Source: Candidatus Latescibacterota bacterium | Lineage (GTDB): Bacteria > Latescibacterota > UBA2968 > UBA8231 | Reading direction: 5' to 3' | NCBI GenBank assembly: GCA_965243025.1 | Contig: CBDETY010000003.1 | Coordinates: 5,120,001-5,184,000 of the forward strand | Length of the DNA stretch: 64,000 bases | In this document: positions 30,423 to 40,292 of the stretch, piece after piece | How the letters are laid out: every line of letters starts with the position of its first letter | Numbering within the stretch: position 1 is the first letter of the stretch | The notes under the pieces: generated by a model | What the model was told of the DNA's origin: nothing | What the model saw: only the letters and a program-made list of their open reading frames with translations | The model's database searches: none | Translations under genes and position numbers: made by a program

Positions 30423-31799
30423 TCAATGCTCCTGCCTGAGCCGGTCCAGCAGCCGGCCCAGTTGTCCCACGAGGTAAAGCGGCAGGGAGAGCAGGGTCAT
30501 TTCCACGCTCTGCTGCGTTCCGCTCACCTGGTGCCGGATTGACTGGACGGTGGGCGGATTGAGGTCGAAGCGCACTGCGAGGCGCGTCCCTTTGGCCAGG
30601 GCGAACTGGTGCAGGGAGCGCAGGGTGCCGCTGGTGCCGGCTTTGACTTCGACCGGCACGATCCGGGCTCCCCGGGCAACCGTGTAGTCAACTTCGGCGT
30701 TGGCGCTTTTCCCTTCTCGCAGCCAGTAGTTCAGACGGGGCGTTTCCCGGCCCTCTTCCAGGTAGAGCAGGTGTTGCCCCACGAACTGTTCGGCCAGGGC
30801 TCCTTCATTGACCAGTCGGCGGTCGTCCAGGTCTTTCAGAGCAAGCCAGTCCAGGCCGCACAGACGGTTCATCAGGCCGATGTCCAGAAAGAGGAGTTTG
30901 TAGGTCTTCCAATCGACATCGGCGTGGAGGGGCACCCCGGAACAGGTACTGTGGAAGACAGGTGCAATGACCCGGGCATTGGCCAGCATGTCGATGGCCG
31001 CCCGCAGTTCGCGGGCGGTCTCCTCGGGGTTGATCCGGGTGTATTTGATTTTGCGGCCCACGGCCCGGGGAGCGTAGTTGAAGACTCGCTGCAAGCGCAG
31101 CCGGACTCGGGCGGAGGCGTACTTGGCAAAATCGTCCTGGTAGGTATCGACGATGGACTGATGCACCGGGGTTACGTCGGCAAAGTGGCGGGTGGAACTG
31201 TACGCGGCTACAGCTTCGGGCATACCACCCACCAGCAGGTATTCCCGCTGATAGCCCGACAAGCGGGTGTGGACAGTATGGGGCAGGGGATGCTCGGGGG
31301 TGTAGTCTTGCAGACAGGCCAGGAGGGGAGGGTCCAGTTCGGCAAGGAATTCTTCAAAGCTCATCGGGCCCAGATGGAAGTACTGAATGCGCCCTACCGG
31401 CATGGTAAAGGCGTGTTGCGAGAGGACGAACTCGAGCAGGGATCCCGCGGCGATGACCGGCAATTCGGGGTGGTCTTCGAAGAAATAGCGCAAGGCGGGA
31501 AGGGCGTGGGGGGTCGCCTGGATTTCGTCGAGGAAGAGAATGCTGCCCGGTGTCAACAGCGGTTGATCCAGCAGCCCTTCGAGTTCCAGGCGGATGCGTG
31601 TCAGGTCCAAGGTCTGGAAGACGGGGTCCAGGTCCGGGTGGCGCTCGAGGTTGATTTCGTTGAGGTGCAGGTGATGGGACTGGGCGAATTGCCGCACCAG
31701 GGTGGATTTCCCCACCTGGCGAGCACCGCGGATGACCAGCGGTTTTCGCTGTGGGGTGGCTAACCATTCGGCCAGAGCGAGTTCAGCCGATCTATACAT
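30423..31799 (-). CDS. AAA+ ATPase with DUF4143 and C-terminal PD-(D/E)xK-like domain
   Basis: GARQVGKST, FLDEIQ, AAGSLL, GGMPE, EGALAEQFV and EVDY...PVEVKAG. Confidence 0.9.
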   Translation of the reverse strand: MYRSAELALAEWLATPQRKPLVIRGARQVGKSTLVRQFAQSHHLHLNEINLERHPDLDPVFQTLDLTRIRLELEGLLDQPLLTPGSILFLDEIQATPHALPALRYFFEDHPELPVIAAGSLLEFVLSQHAFTMPVGRIQYFHLGPMSFEEFLAELDPPLLACLQDYTPEHPLPHTVHTRLSGYQREYLLVGGMPEAVAAYSSTRHFADVTPVHQSIVDTYQDDFAKYASARVRLRLQRVFNYAPRAVGRKIKYTRINPEETARELRAAIDMLANARVIAPVFHSTCSGVPLHADVDWKTYKLLFLDIGLMNRLCGLDWLALKDLDDRRLVNEGALAEQFVGQHLLYLEEGRETPRLNYWLREGKSANAEVDYTVARGARIVPVEVKAGTSGTLRSLHQFALAKGTRLAVRFDLNPPTVQSIRHQVSGTQQSVEMTLLSLPLYLVGQLGRLLDRLRQEH

Positions 31800-31806
31800 G
31801 ATGAAT

Positions 31807-31855
31807 AAAATGCCCCCTTTTCTGTGCGTATAATGTACGAAAAAGGGGGCATTTT
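31807..31855. promoter_or_regulatory. Perfect 15-bp inverted repeat immediately upstream of the ATPase start
   Basis: AAAATGCCCCCTTTT-19 bp-AAAAGGGGGCATTTT. Confidence 0.65.
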
Positions 31856-32051
31856 TACGAGAAAGGTTGGGCTTGTGCAAAGGGACATTGGCTGGCTTCG
31901 GGGTGTATCTTGATCCGATGGGGTACTGTCCATCCGCAGGGATACTTGACCCGGGGGCGTTGGGAAAATCGGACCCAGGTTCACGGAGCCCAGCTTTCCG
32001 GGATCGTCGCTGCTGACTTGCGGCCAAGCCAGGCGCGAGCAGTTACGGGGC

Positions 32052-33386
32052 TCAATACGGAAGAGGGATACCGGGTTCTTGCGGGGCCGGGGGAAGCCTT
32101 CTCAACCAGACCCTTACCTGGGCGGCCCTCGGCAGGCGCTCGTCCTCCCGTGCAGCACCGCGCAGGCGTTCCAGAACCTCTTCCGCTGCCAAGTCGCGCA
32201 GGTCGTCGAGGCTCCGGATACCCGCCCTGTGCAGGAGATTCCCCCAGCGCACCCCGATTCCCTGGTGGAGGTACAGTCCGGCGGTGCGCTTCAGGTCCGC
32301 GACTCCCCTCTCGCCGAGGATGCCGGCAACCGCCTGCCATCGCCGGTCCGAACCGAAGCCCTCGAGCTGGGTCAGGTAGCGCACCCCGGCTTCCCGCAGG
32401 GCAGCTCGGACCTCCGGTTCAAGGGCCTCGACCCTTTCGACGCGAGGGGTCAGCGAGGTAATGGTGCGCTTGTCCACCTCTATGAAGACGGCCGCGGAAA
32501 ACAGAAGCGCGACCGCCGCCGCCAGGGGCAGGAAGAATGGCCGGTTGGCCCGGGGTTGCTGCCCTGAAAACTCCCCGAAAGCAGGGGCCAGCCGGCGCCA
32601 GACGAGAAGACGGTAGAGGCAGGCGCACTCCACCGCGAAAGGGGGAAACCCGAGAAAGCCGGCCAGCGGCATTTCGAACAGCTTGAGCTCCTCGAAGAAC
32701 GGCACCGTGTAGATCCACCTCGCCCGCGACCAGAAGTTGAAAAGCTCCCAGAATCCCCCGGCGATCAGGCCGGCCAGCAGCATCCGCAGGGTCGGTGCGA
32801 ACTCCCCGGCTTCGAGCTGCCGGAGCAGGCCGTCGATGCCGCGCCGGTAGTTTACCGGGGCGACGGCGGCGATGGCGAAGATCCAGACCAGCGGAAAGCA
32901 GTAACGCGGGAACCAGAACGCGAGCAGCAGGCAGACCGCCCCGGCGACCTGGAGCAGCTCCAGCCTCAGGGGTGTCATGGCCAGCGCCGGTCCCCGGATC
33001 GAGCGCGGAAAGCGGGTGCAGCCGAGCAGGTGTGCGGTAAAAAAGATGCCGGGAAACACCGTGGCGAAGGCGAGGAAGACTCCTGCCGCCCGGACCCAGC
33101 CGCGGTCGGTTACGAGCACGTAGTACCAGTTTTCCAGGCGGAAATTGACGAACTCGAAGAAGAACCAGGCCGCCGCCGACCAGAGCATCAGCAGACCGAA
33201 GCCGGGTCCGCACCGGGAGATCAGCGACCTTCCTTCGATCCTGCGCACCCACTGGTCGCAGGTGACGATCAGCCCGTACCAGGCGAACAGGTAGAAATGG
33301 CTGGCGACCGGCTCGACCTGCTTTGCCGCCAGCAGGAACGACAGGCTTACCGCTGCCGGTCCTGCGAGAAGGCGGGCGATTTCCAT
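32052..33386 (-). CDS. Membrane protein with C-terminal DUF4332-like helix-hairpin-helix region
   Basis: FEFVNFRLENWYY, WELFNFWS, FEMPLAGFLGFPPF, then GIGVRWGNLLHRAGIRSL. Confidence 0.7.
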   Translation of the reverse strand: MEIARLLAGPAAVSLSFLLAAKQVEPVASHFYLFAWYGLIVTCDQWVRRIEGRSLISRCGPGFGLLMLWSAAAWFFFEFVNFRLENWYYVLVTDRGWVRAAGVFLAFATVFPGIFFTAHLLGCTRFPRSIRGPALAMTPLRLELLQVAGAVCLLLAFWFPRYCFPLVWIFAIAAVAPVNYRRGIDGLLRQLEAGEFAPTLRMLLAGLIAGGFWELFNFWSRARWIYTVPFFEELKLFEMPLAGFLGFPPFAVECACLYRLLVWRRLAPAFGEFSGQQPRANRPFFLPLAAAVALLFSAAVFIEVDKRTITSLTPRVERVEALEPEVRAALREAGVRYLTQLEGFGSDRRWQAVAGILGERGVADLKRTAGLYLHQGIGVRWGNLLHRAGIRSLDDLRDLAAEEVLERLRGAAREDERLPRAAQVRVWLRRLPPAPQEPGIPLPY

Positions 33387-33467
33387 GGGGGGCACCTTGG
33401 GCGCCAACGGCCCGGAAGGCCGCTGCGGAGGTTTTTTGACTGGGTGTGTTCCATACCGGCCAAGCTG

Positions 33468-33606
33468 GTACGGCGAGCGAAGGCAACGCCGTGAGCCGGG
33501 ATTGAGGGGAAAAATCGCACCGCATGAGGATTTCGTTAAACCGCGATCCTTCCCCTCAAATGGATCGGCGTCCCAATGTCGACATATTTTTGCGACGGGA
33601 CACTTG
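33468..33606. mobile_element. Truncated, inverted copy of the 11107 element carrying a nested 57-bp palindromic insertion
   Basis: Reverse complement of 11107-11186, interrupted at 33503-33559 by tgaggggaa...ttcccctcaa. Confidence 0.75.
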
Positions 33607-33687
33607 GGCTCCCGGAACGCCCCGCAAGGAGCCGGCGGCCCCGCGCCTACGCATGGCAGCGGTCGCTCCGGACCGCCGGGGAGCCGG

Positions 33688-33717
33688 TTGACAGGGCCGG
33701 GTGCCGCTTGCTACGTC
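33688..33717 (+). promoter_or_regulatory. Candidate sigma70 promoter upstream of a structured leader and NUDIX gene
   Basis: TTGACA-18 bp-TACGTC with extended TGn. Confidence 0.4.
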
Positions 33718-33906
33718 TACCGCCGCCCCGGATTCGCAGGGGCGCCGGCCAAGGCTCCGGGCTCAGAAGCCCAGGGACGTTCCAAGAGGGAGATTCCCCC
33801 ACCCGCGCCAGGCGCCCCGTGGTGAATCGCTCCGGGAAGCCAGACAGTCCCCCGCCCCGGGAAGAACTGATCCGGGCCATTTCAAGCATCCAACCTGCCA
33901 TTTCCA

Positions 33907-34683
33907 ATGCCCGTAATTGCCAGCAGTGAGAACCCTTTCGGCGGGGTCATCGTCGATCCCGCAGGTCTTCCCGCGCACCCGCCCCGGTTCGCGAGCGACC
34001 TGAGCGAGTCGCTCGATTCCTGGCGTTCCGAGTACCGCGTGGTCTGGCTGGAGATTCCGATTGCGCTGTCGCCGCTGATCCCGGTGGCGGTCGAGGCCGG
34101 GTTCGCCTTCCACCACAGCGGCGACGACTACCTGATGCTGACCCACCGTCTCGATCCGGGGGCTTTCATCCCGTCCTACGCCTCGCACTACATCGGCGCC
34201 GGCGGGGTGACCCTGAACAGCCGCCGTGAGCTGCTCGTGGTCAGCGAGAGGTATCACCGTTCGGACGGCAGGCCGCCGCGCTACAAGCTGCCGGGCGGGG
34301 CGCTGAAGGAGGGTGAGCATCTGGTCGAGGGGGTGATGCGGGAGGTGCAGGAGGAGACGGGGGTGGAGACGGAGTTCGACGCCCTGGTCTGCTTCCGCCA
34401 CTGGCACGGGTACCGCTACGGCAAGTCGGACATCTACTTCGTCTGCCGGCTGCACCCGGTCTCGGAGGAGATCTCGATCCAGGAGGAGGAGATCGCCGAG
34501 AGTCTGTGGATGCCGGTCGCCGACTATCTCGGTGACGGGAACGTCCACCCCTTCAACAAGCGGATCGTGCGCGCCGCCATGGAGAGCCCGGGCATCTCTC
34601 CGGCGGAAATCGAAGGGTACGGCGACCGCGACAGGTACGAGTTCTTCATGCCCGGGAATCCGGTAACACGCCTGCGTTCCTAG
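33907..34683 (+). CDS. NUDIX hydrolase (Nudt6-like, with N-terminal extension)
   Basis: VEAGFAFHH, ASHYIGAGG and KLPGG...GEHLVEGVMREVQEETG Nudix box. Confidence 0.9.
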   Translation: MPVIASSENPFGGVIVDPAGLPAHPPRFASDLSESLDSWRSEYRVVWLEIPIALSPLIPVAVEAGFAFHHSGDDYLMLTHRLDPGAFIPSYASHYIGAGGVTLNSRRELLVVSERYHRSDGRPPRYKLPGGALKEGEHLVEGVMREVQEETGVETEFDALVCFRHWHGYRYGKSDIYFVCRLHPVSEEISIQEEEIAESLWMPVADYLGDGNVHPFNKRIVRAAMESPGISPAEIEGYGDRDRYEFFMPGNPVTRLRS

Positions 34684-34792
34684 CCCCGGCTTTTTCGCAC
34701 CCGGAGCCGCCGCTCCATTTCCCCGGGGCCTGACCCTTCCTCCACCTCCGGCGGCCGCCATCCCCGGTTCCCCGCCGGTAACCCCGTCCACC

Positions 34793-35782
34793 CTAACGGA
34801 GGTCGAGCTTCTCCAGCACCTCCCGGTTGACCACCGACTTCGGGACCCGTCCCTGCAGGCAGTCGACGATCGCCCGGGCGGCGGCGGCGGACATCCGCTC
34901 CCGCGCCGTGACCGTGTTCGAGGCGGAGTGCGGCATGGCGACGACGCCTGGCATCTGCACGAGCCGCAGCGACGTACCCTCGGGCGGCTCGGTCGCCTGG
35001 CAGTCGAGGCCGGCGCCGGCGAGATGGCCCCCCTCCAGCGCGGCGATCAGGGCCTCCTCGTCCACCAGGCCTCCCCTCGCGGTATTGATGAGATAGCTCC
35101 CCTGCTTCATGGCGGCGAGGAAGCCGGCGTCGACGAGCCCGGCGTTCTCATCCGACATCGGCAGATGCAGGCTGACGGCGTCCGACTCGGCCAGCAGCTG
35201 CTCGCGGCCGGCGGGAATGGCCCCGAGCTCCCGCAGTTGCGCCGGCTCGACGAAGGGATCGTCGACGAGGACTCGCATCCCGAAGCCGAGGGCGCGGCGC
35301 ACCACCTCGGCGCCGATGCGGCCGCAGCCGACCAGCCCGAGGGTCATCGCGCACAGGTCCTCGGAGAGGGCGACCTGGTAGCCGCCGGACTTCACCGTCC
35401 GGTCGCCCGGGACGATGTGGCGCACCGCGGACAGCAGCAGGGCCATGGCGTGATCGGCCACCGCGTCCGCCATGGCCCCCGGGGTGTTGGCGACCACGAT
35501 TCCCCGCTCGGTGCAGAGGCCGAGGTCGACGCGGTCGTAGCCGACTCCGTTGCGGGCGATCACCCTGAGATCGCCGGCCAGCTCCATCGTGTGCGGGGTG
35601 AAGTACTCCCCCCCGGCGAGGATGCCGGCGAACCCGGCCAGCTTTTCCCGGGTCTCCTCGTTCGGCCAGGGGGGGCTCCCCTGCCGGTAGACGAACTCGA
35701 ACCCCGCTTCCTCGACGAGGCGGCGGGCCGGTTCGCGGCCGCGGAATTCGATGGCGCAGGTGCCCAGAACGCGGTCGCTCAT
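34793..35782 (-). CDS. D-isomer specific 2-hydroxyacid dehydrogenase (SerA-like)
   Basis: RNGVGYDRVD, GCGRIG, INTARGGLVDE, AGLD and PHSAS. Confidence 0.9.
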   Translation of the reverse strand: MSDRVLGTCAIEFRGREPARRLVEEAGFEFVYRQGSPPWPNEETREKLAGFAGILAGGEYFTPHTMELAGDLRVIARNGVGYDRVDLGLCTERGIVVANTPGAMADAVADHAMALLLSAVRHIVPGDRTVKSGGYQVALSEDLCAMTLGLVGCGRIGAEVVRRALGFGMRVLVDDPFVEPAQLRELGAIPAGREQLLAESDAVSLHLPMSDENAGLVDAGFLAAMKQGSYLINTARGGLVDEEALIAALEGGHLAGAGLDCQATEPPEGTSLRLVQMPGVVAMPHSASNTVTARERMSAAAARAIVDCLQGRVPKSVVNREVLEKLDLR

Positions 35783-36780
35783 GTCCCTTCTCCGAAGCGG
35801 GTGTGCAGGTAGCGGGAGAACGGCGTCTCGACGCCGAGCTCGGCGGCGATCTCCTCGAGGCGGTCCCGGGTCTCGTCGCCGACCGGGATGCCCTCCCCGG
35901 CGTACTCCCGTTCCCGCCTCCACTCGAGCCCCCCCGGCAGCTCGGCGCGGTCGCACCCGGGGAGCGGATCGAGGGCGCTCGCCTGGGCGATCCAGCGGTC
36001 CATCTCCGCCCTGTATTCGTCGAGGTCCATGAAGCTCTCGACCGAGAAGGCGGCGATGAAGGAGCCCTGGTTCGATTCCCACCGGGAAGCGGGCGGGATG
36101 AATTCGGGGTTGTAGATCCCCGCCAGCACCCCCCCGAGCGCGTAGGCGGAGGCGGAGATCCCGATCTCCTTGAAGAAGGCGAAGGGCATGCGCTCGAAGA
36201 GATCGTCGTCGTAGGGCAGGAACGAGGAGCCCATGTCGAGCACCACCGGCGGCTGCTCGCCGGCCGGCAGGGCGATGCTGATCGGGGAGGAACCCTTGAC
36301 GCCGAGGATGTTGCCGGCCCTGGGGTTGAAGCGGTGGGAGGATACGGAGATCCCGATGCAGTCGCGGGCCGCGGCCATGCGCGAGTACTTGCCGGCCCCA
36401 CCGAAGTGGAAGTGGTTGCGCGTGGTGACCGCGGCGGCCCCGTGCTCGAGGGCGCGCCCGACCGCCCACTCCGCCCCCTGCCTGCAGGGCAGGTGTCCCA
36501 TGCCGCCGTCGCCGTCGAGGGTCTGCGCCGTGGTCGACTCCCGGACCACCTTGATGTCGGGGGCGGGGTTGACCTTGCCGTCGAGGATCATGCGGCAGTA
36601 CCCGGCGGTCTGCCAGGTGCCGTGGCTGACGACCCCGCGCAGGTCGGTGACGACCAGCAGCCCGGCCATGGTGGCGGCGTGCTCCGCGTTCATGCCGACG
36701 CGCTCGAACAGCGCTTGCACGAGCCGGCGCATGTCGTCGGCGGGCACGCGGATGCCGCTTTTCGGTGGGACGTTACCCAT
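35779..36780 (-). CDS. Ldh_2 family oxidoreductase (malate/L-lactate/L-sulfolactate dehydrogenase-like)
   Basis: DLRGVVSHG, LDGDGGMGH, RNHFHFG and VVLDM. Confidence 0.88.
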   Translation of the reverse strand: MGNVPPKSGIRVPADDMRRLVQALFERVGMNAEHAATMAGLLVVTDLRGVVSHGTWQTAGYCRMILDGKVNPAPDIKVVRESTTAQTLDGDGGMGHLPCRQGAEWAVGRALEHGAAAVTTRNHFHFGGAGKYSRMAAARDCIGISVSSHRFNPRAGNILGVKGSSPISIALPAGEQPPVVLDMGSSFLPYDDDLFERMPFAFFKEIGISASAYALGGVLAGIYNPEFIPPASRWESNQGSFIAAFSVESFMDLDEYRAEMDRWIAQASALDPLPGCDRAELPGGLEWRREREYAGEGIPVGDETRDRLEEIAAELGVETPFSRYLHTRFGEGT

Positions 36781-36920
36781 TGGACAAACCTTCCTCGTTT
36801 GCTGAAACAGGACACTGTGAGTGCGAAGCTCTATACTTGAAACGGCGGATGAAATAAGGAAATCCACAGACCGGCGAAAGACTCCGGAAGCGCGGAAATC
36901 GAGGAACAAGCACTGACAGC

Positions 36921-37862
36921 ATGGACGATGAGTTGAGAGTCTTCGCCGGCCGCTCCAATCCCGCCCTGGCGGATGAAATCTGCCGCTGCCTCGGGATTGG
37001 CCGCAGCAGTCTGACGGTTTCCCGCTTCTCGAACGACAACCTCTCGGTGCAGATCGACGAGAACGTGCGGGAACGGGACGTCTTCATGGTGCAGGCCTTC
37101 ACCGAACCTGCGAGCGACCATATCGTCGAACTGCTGATAACCCTCGACGCTTTGCGCAGCGCCTCGGCGCGCCGCATCACCGCGGTGATCCCCTATTACT
37201 CGTACGCGCGGTCGGACAAAAAGGACGCGCCCCGCATCTCCATCGCCGGGCGGCTGATGGCCGATCTGTTGGAAACCGCCGGCGCCGACCGGGTGCTGAC
37301 CATGGATCTGCACGCCGAGCAGGTGCACGGTTTTTTCGGCATCCCCGTCGATCACCTGACGGCGATACCGATCGTGGCCGACCACATCGGGAAAACCTGC
37401 GACCTGGCGAATGCGGTGGTGGTAGCGACCGACGCCGGAGGGGCCCGGCGGGCCGGCAAGTTCGCTTCCCGGCTGGGTCTGCCGCTGGCGATCATCGACA
37501 AGCGCCGGGTCAGCGACACCAGGGTCAGCCAGGGCCACGTGGTGGGCGAGGTAGAGGGCAGGGACGCCGTCGTCTTCGAGGACGAGATCGCCACGGGCGG
37601 CACCTTCGTCGAGACGGCGCGCACCCTGGAAAACGCAGGCGCCCGGCGGGTATTCGCCGGCGCCACCCACGGCGTGCTGGTCGGCAACGCCATCGACAAC
37701 CTGCGCGCCTCGCGGATCGAGACCGTCACCGTCACCAATACCGTGGCGGTGCCCGACGAAATGGGGCTCGACAAGATGACGGTTTTATCGGTGGCGCCGC
37801 TGATGGCCGAAGCGGTCCGGCGAATCCACACCGGCGAAAGCATCGGGGCCCTGTTTGCCTGA
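36921..37862 (+). CDS. prs: Ribose-phosphate pyrophosphokinase
   Basis: VIPYYSYARSDKK, MDLHAEQVHGFF and EDEIATGGT. Confidence 0.96.
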   Translation: MDDELRVFAGRSNPALADEICRCLGIGRSSLTVSRFSNDNLSVQIDENVRERDVFMVQAFTEPASDHIVELLITLDALRSASARRITAVIPYYSYARSDKKDAPRISIAGRLMADLLETAGADRVLTMDLHAEQVHGFFGIPVDHLTAIPIVADHIGKTCDLANAVVVATDAGGARRAGKFASRLGLPLAIIDKRRVSDTRVSQGHVVGEVEGRDAVVFEDEIATGGTFVETARTLENAGARRVFAGATHGVLVGNAIDNLRASRIETVTVTNTVAVPDEMGLDKMTVLSVAPLMAEAVRRIHTGESIGALFA

Positions 37863-37937
37863 CGGCGGACAGGGCATCCCGGGAAACCAGCATGGGCGAA
37901 GGCATCGAGTTGCTAACCGGAAACGGGTAATGCAGAA

Positions 37938-39173
37938 ATGAAATACGACCTGCTGCTCGGCGGAGCCACGGTGATCGATCCCTCCCAGGGGATCGACGCG
38001 GTCAGGGACGTCGCCGTCAGGGACGGTCTCATTGCCGCGGTCTCGGAGGGGATCGATCCCGCCGAAGCCCGCGAGCGGATCGACCTGTCAGGGCGCATCC
38101 TCACCCCCGGGTGGATCGACATCCACGCCCACGTGTACGCCGGGGCGACCACCTGGGGCATCAAGGCGGACGCCCACTGCCTCGCCACCGGGGTCACCAC
38201 CATCGTCGACGCCGGCAGCCCCGGTTGGGCCAACTTCATCGGCTTCAAGGAGTTCGTCGCCGACCCGGCGCGCACCCGGACGCTGGCGTTCGTGCACATC
38301 TCCGGGATCGGTCTCACCTACGGCCCGGTCGGGGAGATGGAAGACCTGCGCTACGGGGACCCGGAGCGCACCGCCTGCGTGATCCGCAACTGGCGGGAGA
38401 TCTGCGTCGGGGTGAAGGTCCGCCAGGCCCGCTTCCAGGTGGGGGACAACGGCGTCGAGCCGCTGCGGCTCGCCACGGAGGCGGGCGCCATGGCCGGGGT
38501 GCCGGTCATGGTCCACATCGGCTCCGGGGTGCCGCTTCCGGAGGTGCTCGCCGGAATGCGCGGCGGCGACATCGTCACCCACTGCTACCAGGGCCACGGC
38601 GATCTCGTGATCGGTGAGGACGACCGCGTCCTCGACGCCGTCTGGGAGGCGCGCGACCGCGGCGTGCTGTTCGACGTCGGCCACGGCGGCGGCAGCTTCA
38701 ACTTCGGCGTTGCCCGGGCTTCGCTGGCCGAGGGCTTCCTCGCCGACGTCATCAGCACCGACATCCACGCCCACAGCATCGAGCGCACCGTGAACAGCCT
38801 CGCCGACGCCGGGTCGAAGCTGATGAGCCTCGGAGTGGGGCTGCGGGAGGTGATCGCTCGCACCACCACCCGGGCGGCCGCCGCCATCGGCCGCCAAGAC
38901 CTGGGGACGCTGAGGCCCGGCACCGTCGCCGACCTCGCGGCCTTCGAAATCACCGAGGGGGAGTACGATTTCCTGGACTGCCACAGGGAGCGGAACAGCG
39001 GTTCGCGGAAAATCGAACCGGTTCTGACGGTGCGGGAAGGAATCCCCTACCGTCCTGACGACCTGCGGGAGGAGGTGGCCGAGACGCTGCGCCGCGCCGA
39101 CGAGATGAGCGCCCTGACGGGGAAGAACTTCGCCCGCTTCGGGTGGTCTCCCCCCGAGGCCGCCGCCGGCTAG
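37938..39173 (+). CDS. Amidohydrolase/deacetylase family metallohydrolase (dihydroorotase-like)
   Basis: PGWIDIHAH, VDAGSPG, GVKVR, MVHIG, THCY, DVGHGGGSF and ISTD. Confidence 0.88.
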   Translation: MKYDLLLGGATVIDPSQGIDAVRDVAVRDGLIAAVSEGIDPAEARERIDLSGRILTPGWIDIHAHVYAGATTWGIKADAHCLATGVTTIVDAGSPGWANFIGFKEFVADPARTRTLAFVHISGIGLTYGPVGEMEDLRYGDPERTACVIRNWREICVGVKVRQARFQVGDNGVEPLRLATEAGAMAGVPVMVHIGSGVPLPEVLAGMRGGDIVTHCYQGHGDLVIGEDDRVLDAVWEARDRGVLFDVGHGGGSFNFGVARASLAEGFLADVISTDIHAHSIERTVNSLADAGSKLMSLGVGLREVIARTTTRAAAAIGRQDLGTLRPGTVADLAAFEITEGEYDFLDCHRERNSGSRKIEPVLTVREGIPYRPDDLREEVAETLRRADEMSALTGKNFARFGWSPPEAAAG

Positions 39174-39218
39174 CGCGCATGGCCGTTCCTCCGACAACCA
39201 AGTCCGCAAGAGGATGAG

Positions 39219-40277
<1,059 letters not shown>

Positions 40278-40292
40278 CCGGCGGAACGCCCC

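Noticed and set aside
33780-33900. Cobalamin riboswitch
   Set aside because: Fragments (GGGAAG, CCCCCGC, ACCTGCC) are present, but not in canonical order or spacing; no GCCACTG box; downstream gene is unrelated to B12
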